A stretch of 26,240 nt of DNA, from positions 1 through 26,240 of IMG/VR virus record IMGVR_UViG_3300032319_000216. One strand, given 5' to 3'. A program made the position numbers and the translations under genes. Below, one piece after another: positions 24,177 to 26,240 of this stretch (position 1 is the first letter of the stretch; every line of letters begins with the position of its first letter). The stretch comes from a virus. Lineage: Duplodnaviria; Caudoviricetes. The notes under the pieces are model-generated. The model was given only the letters and a program-made list of their open reading frames with translations, did not search any database and was not told the origin of the DNA.

Positions 24177-26006
24177 TCACGCAGGCACCTTGACGCCCAG
24201 TTTTTTCAAGTAGCCCTGCACCGTAGCGTTCATGACCTTGGAGTGTTGCTCTACGCCGTCTTCGCCGCCCCTGGTCGGACGCATGAGCTGGCGCTGAATG
24301 CAGACGTTGCGAGTAAAGTCATTCCACGCAATGTGAGCTAGGCAAGCCGCCACTACGCGATCATCTTTGCGCCGCCCTGGTGCGCCAACGTCTGACACGC
24401 CATCTGCATCGACGTCGCCCATCATGACACCGGTCATTTCGTCAAGCAAATATTCGCTGCGAATGATGCTCGTGCCGCGATGGAAACAGTCGCGGAAAAA
24501 GTTAAACACCCGGCTTTTAGCATCGCGGGTTGATTTCCAGTGGTAAGCATTGGGTCTGCCAAAGCTGTCCACCCGCTTGTAAAGATAGTTTTGAAGGTTG
24601 CGTACCACCATTAGTATCTTTTGGGATACATCGCTTTTTGGCGTCATGGAAGCGTGACGTCGCATGTTTTGCATTTCCGTCCACACAGCTTGACCTGGGC
24701 CGTTAATTTCCATGTTCAACATGACCATGTTTTGCTGCGCGCCGCTCACGCCTTGGCTGACCGTGGTATATGCACCTGATAGATACAAAATGACCCACGC
24801 AAATTGATACGGCAGGCAGTCCGCAGTGTTGAACTCCGCCACCTGTTCCATGCCGTCTGAGTAGCAGCGCCACACAGAAGCGCAATGCCGGTCTGCCCAT
24901 TCGCTAGACCCAAAAGCCGGGTCTGCCCCAATGACGTACATGGCACCCGGCTTTGGGTATTCCCAAATCCAGAGGTTGCCGTTGCGTCCTTTGGTTGGAA
25001 CGACATCACTTTCATCAAACGTGTCCCGAAGCGCGAACCGATAGATGTGCGGCACTGTCCGGCGCGCCTCTCTTATCTCATCGCTAATTCGGGCCGTGTT
25101 AAAGAAATTAGAGCCAGAAGCAATAAAGGCATGTTTTGCAGTTGGCGGAAAGTTTTGCATCATCTGATCTTCGTCGCCGATCTCTTCCGCCAATTTCCAT
25201 CGCCACCACACTAGCTGTTCGTCAGTAATATCAAAGTTGTATTGCTTCTTCACATCAGCAATCCAGCGCTTTTCTTCTGAAGTTTTGCGCCCGCCATCCC
25301 AATACACATCCCACTGCGGGGTGCCGCGCCCTTTGGCATAAGTTTCCTTGAGCCACCACCCTATAAATATGGCCCGCTCTGCCGTACTGCGCTCAGCCCT
25401 ATCCCACATATCTTTGTAGTGGTTAAAACCTTGGGCCGTAGATTCATAGATAAACAGCCGGTCTGGATTTTCCTCGGACAAAGAAGCCCGCAATGAAGCA
25501 AGCCCTTCCTCGTCGCCGTATGCGCTGGTTTCGGTAGAGTGAAGAAAAGTTAAACCTTTGCCTTTACCAAGCGCCGAATTCTTTCGCGTACCCGCCACTT
25601 GATAAGAAACCCTAGAACGATTGCGAGCAACAAGCTGCGTGCGGTTGTGCGATTCAATCGGCACCTTAAATTGTTTGGGCAAACCATCAATATACATGCT
25701 CAAGGTTGACTTGAACATATCCCGGCTTTCCTCATCGTGCGTCACAAGTGAGCCGTGAGTGCCAGGCTTGGAAAACAGCCAATACAGGTCTAGAGCAAGC
25801 GAGATGGTCGTAATGCCCATCTGCCGACCCTTGAGCACTACAAACGAATGGATGTCCTCATTGAATCCAGCAACGATCTGTTCAATAAAGTACCGCTGGC
25901 AACCGTACAGGTTTTGAGGCGCAAGCGTAATCTGCCCCCTATCTTTGGTGTCAACCTTTAGCGAAGCACAGAATTTCCAAAAGTTGTCAACGGAAAAGTT
26001 AGTCAT
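24177..26006 (-). CDS. terL: Terminase large subunit
   Basis: Walker A-like VLKGRQMGITT, Walker B-position FLHSTE, coupling motif ESTAQG, and RNase H-like nuclease motifs YVIGADPA, NMEING and KDDRV. Confidence 0.92.
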   Translation of the reverse strand: MTNFSVDNFWKFCASLKVDTKDRGQITLAPQNLYGCQRYFIEQIVAGFNEDIHSFVVLKGRQMGITTISLALDLYWLFSKPGTHGSLVTHDEESRDMFKSTLSMYIDGLPKQFKVPIESHNRTQLVARNRSRVSYQVAGTRKNSALGKGKGLTFLHSTETSAYGDEEGLASLRASLSEENPDRLFIYESTAQGFNHYKDMWDRAERSTAERAIFIGWWLKETYAKGRGTPQWDVYWDGGRKTSEEKRWIADVKKQYNFDITDEQLVWWRWKLAEEIGDEDQMMQNFPPTAKHAFIASGSNFFNTARISDEIREARRTVPHIYRFALRDTFDESDVVPTKGRNGNLWIWEYPKPGAMYVIGADPAFGSSEWADRHCASVWRCYSDGMEQVAEFNTADCLPYQFAWVILYLSGAYTTVSQGVSGAQQNMVMLNMEINGPGQAVWTEMQNMRRHASMTPKSDVSQKILMVVRNLQNYLYKRVDSFGRPNAYHWKSTRDAKSRVFNFFRDCFHRGTSIIRSEYLLDEMTGVMMGDVDADGVSDVGAPGRRKDDRVVAACLAHIAWNDFTRNVCIQRQLMRPTRGGEDGVEQHSKVMNATVQGYLKKLGVKVPA

Positions 26007-26059
26007 GGGCGGCGAGTGTCAGTTAACACTGCGTACAAGTCAATAGCTCCGCGACACAA

Positions 26060-26092
26060 AGGAAAAAGCCCTTTGCGGCCAAACAAAGGGCT
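26060..26092 (-). terminator. Rho-independent terminator upstream of terL
   Basis: Perfect 9-bp stem AGCCCTTTG / CAAAGGGCT with 8-nt loop, followed by TTTTCCTTT. Confidence 0.75.
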
Positions 26093-26197
26093 CTTGCCTA
26101 CAGCAGTTGCGCTCTGCATTCACTGTCACCCCCAGGCCCATATGTGCACAAACAGGCCATCGAAATGCAACTAGCGTTAAGGGTTCAAGCACAACGC
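26060..26197 (-). ncRNA. Candidate structured small RNA or leader, about 135 nt
   Basis: Bounded by a near-consensus promoter and a strong terminator; three hand-identified stem-loop domains. Confidence 0.5.
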
Positions 26198-26201
26198 CCT
26201 A

Positions 26202-26230
26202 AATTTAGCGCTTATGCACAGCAATGTCAA
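26202..26230 (-). promoter_or_regulatory. Strong sigma70-type promoter
   Basis: TTGACA (26230-26225), 17-nt spacer, TAAATT (26207-26202). Confidence 0.75.
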
Positions 26231-26240
26231 CAGGTTTGTG

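Larger units (their letters stand above)
1..26240. mobile_element. Tailed phage (or prophage) genome segment, podovirus-like structural and lysis module
   Basis: Terminase, portal, capsid, tail, endolysin and holin genes are co-oriented and tightly packed, with several ATGA-type overlaps. No host housekeeping genes. Confidence 0.95.

Noticed and set aside
26098-26160. 20-codon ORF MACLCTYGPGGDSECRAQLL inside the candidate RNA
   Set aside because: No SD upstream and the start lies within predicted structure.
26105-26172. HDV-like/theta ribozyme, tRNA or known riboswitch as the identity of the candidate RNA
   Set aside because: The loop inside the GGCCUGU/AUGGGCC stem is too short for the nested pseudoknot; no T-loop/cloverleaf or aptamer consensus recognised.
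1-26240. CRISPR array, DGR, tRNA genes, integrase or recoded stop codons
   Set aside because: No spaced direct repeats, no reverse transcriptase or TR/VR pair, no cloverleaf seen. Genes are full length and densely packed under the standard code.

Overview
Late (virion morphogenesis and lysis) region of a tailed dsDNA phage with a podovirus-like layout; no tape-measure or sheath gene is visible. Nearly all genes are on the minus strand. In transcription order they are: large terminase, degenerate HNH-like, HTH-like, Zn-ribbon, portal, accessory beta-rich genes, putative scaffold, major capsid, capsid/fibre protein, adaptor, nozzle, His-repeat protein, GNAT, three ejection-type proteins, two receptor-binding-type proteins, metallophosphoesterase, M15 endolysin and 3TM holin. 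A plus-strand gene block converges at the left edge. The most notable elements are not in the ORF track. One is a promoter-to-terminator unit of about 135 nt of structured RNA directly upstream of terL, where terS normally sits. The other is a second promoter-to-hairpin unit after the portal that encodes a 13-aa Arg/Lys micro-peptide (MARKSRKGRKARR) with a strong Shine-Dalgarno. Functional calls come from motifs and gene order read by eye, not from database searches.
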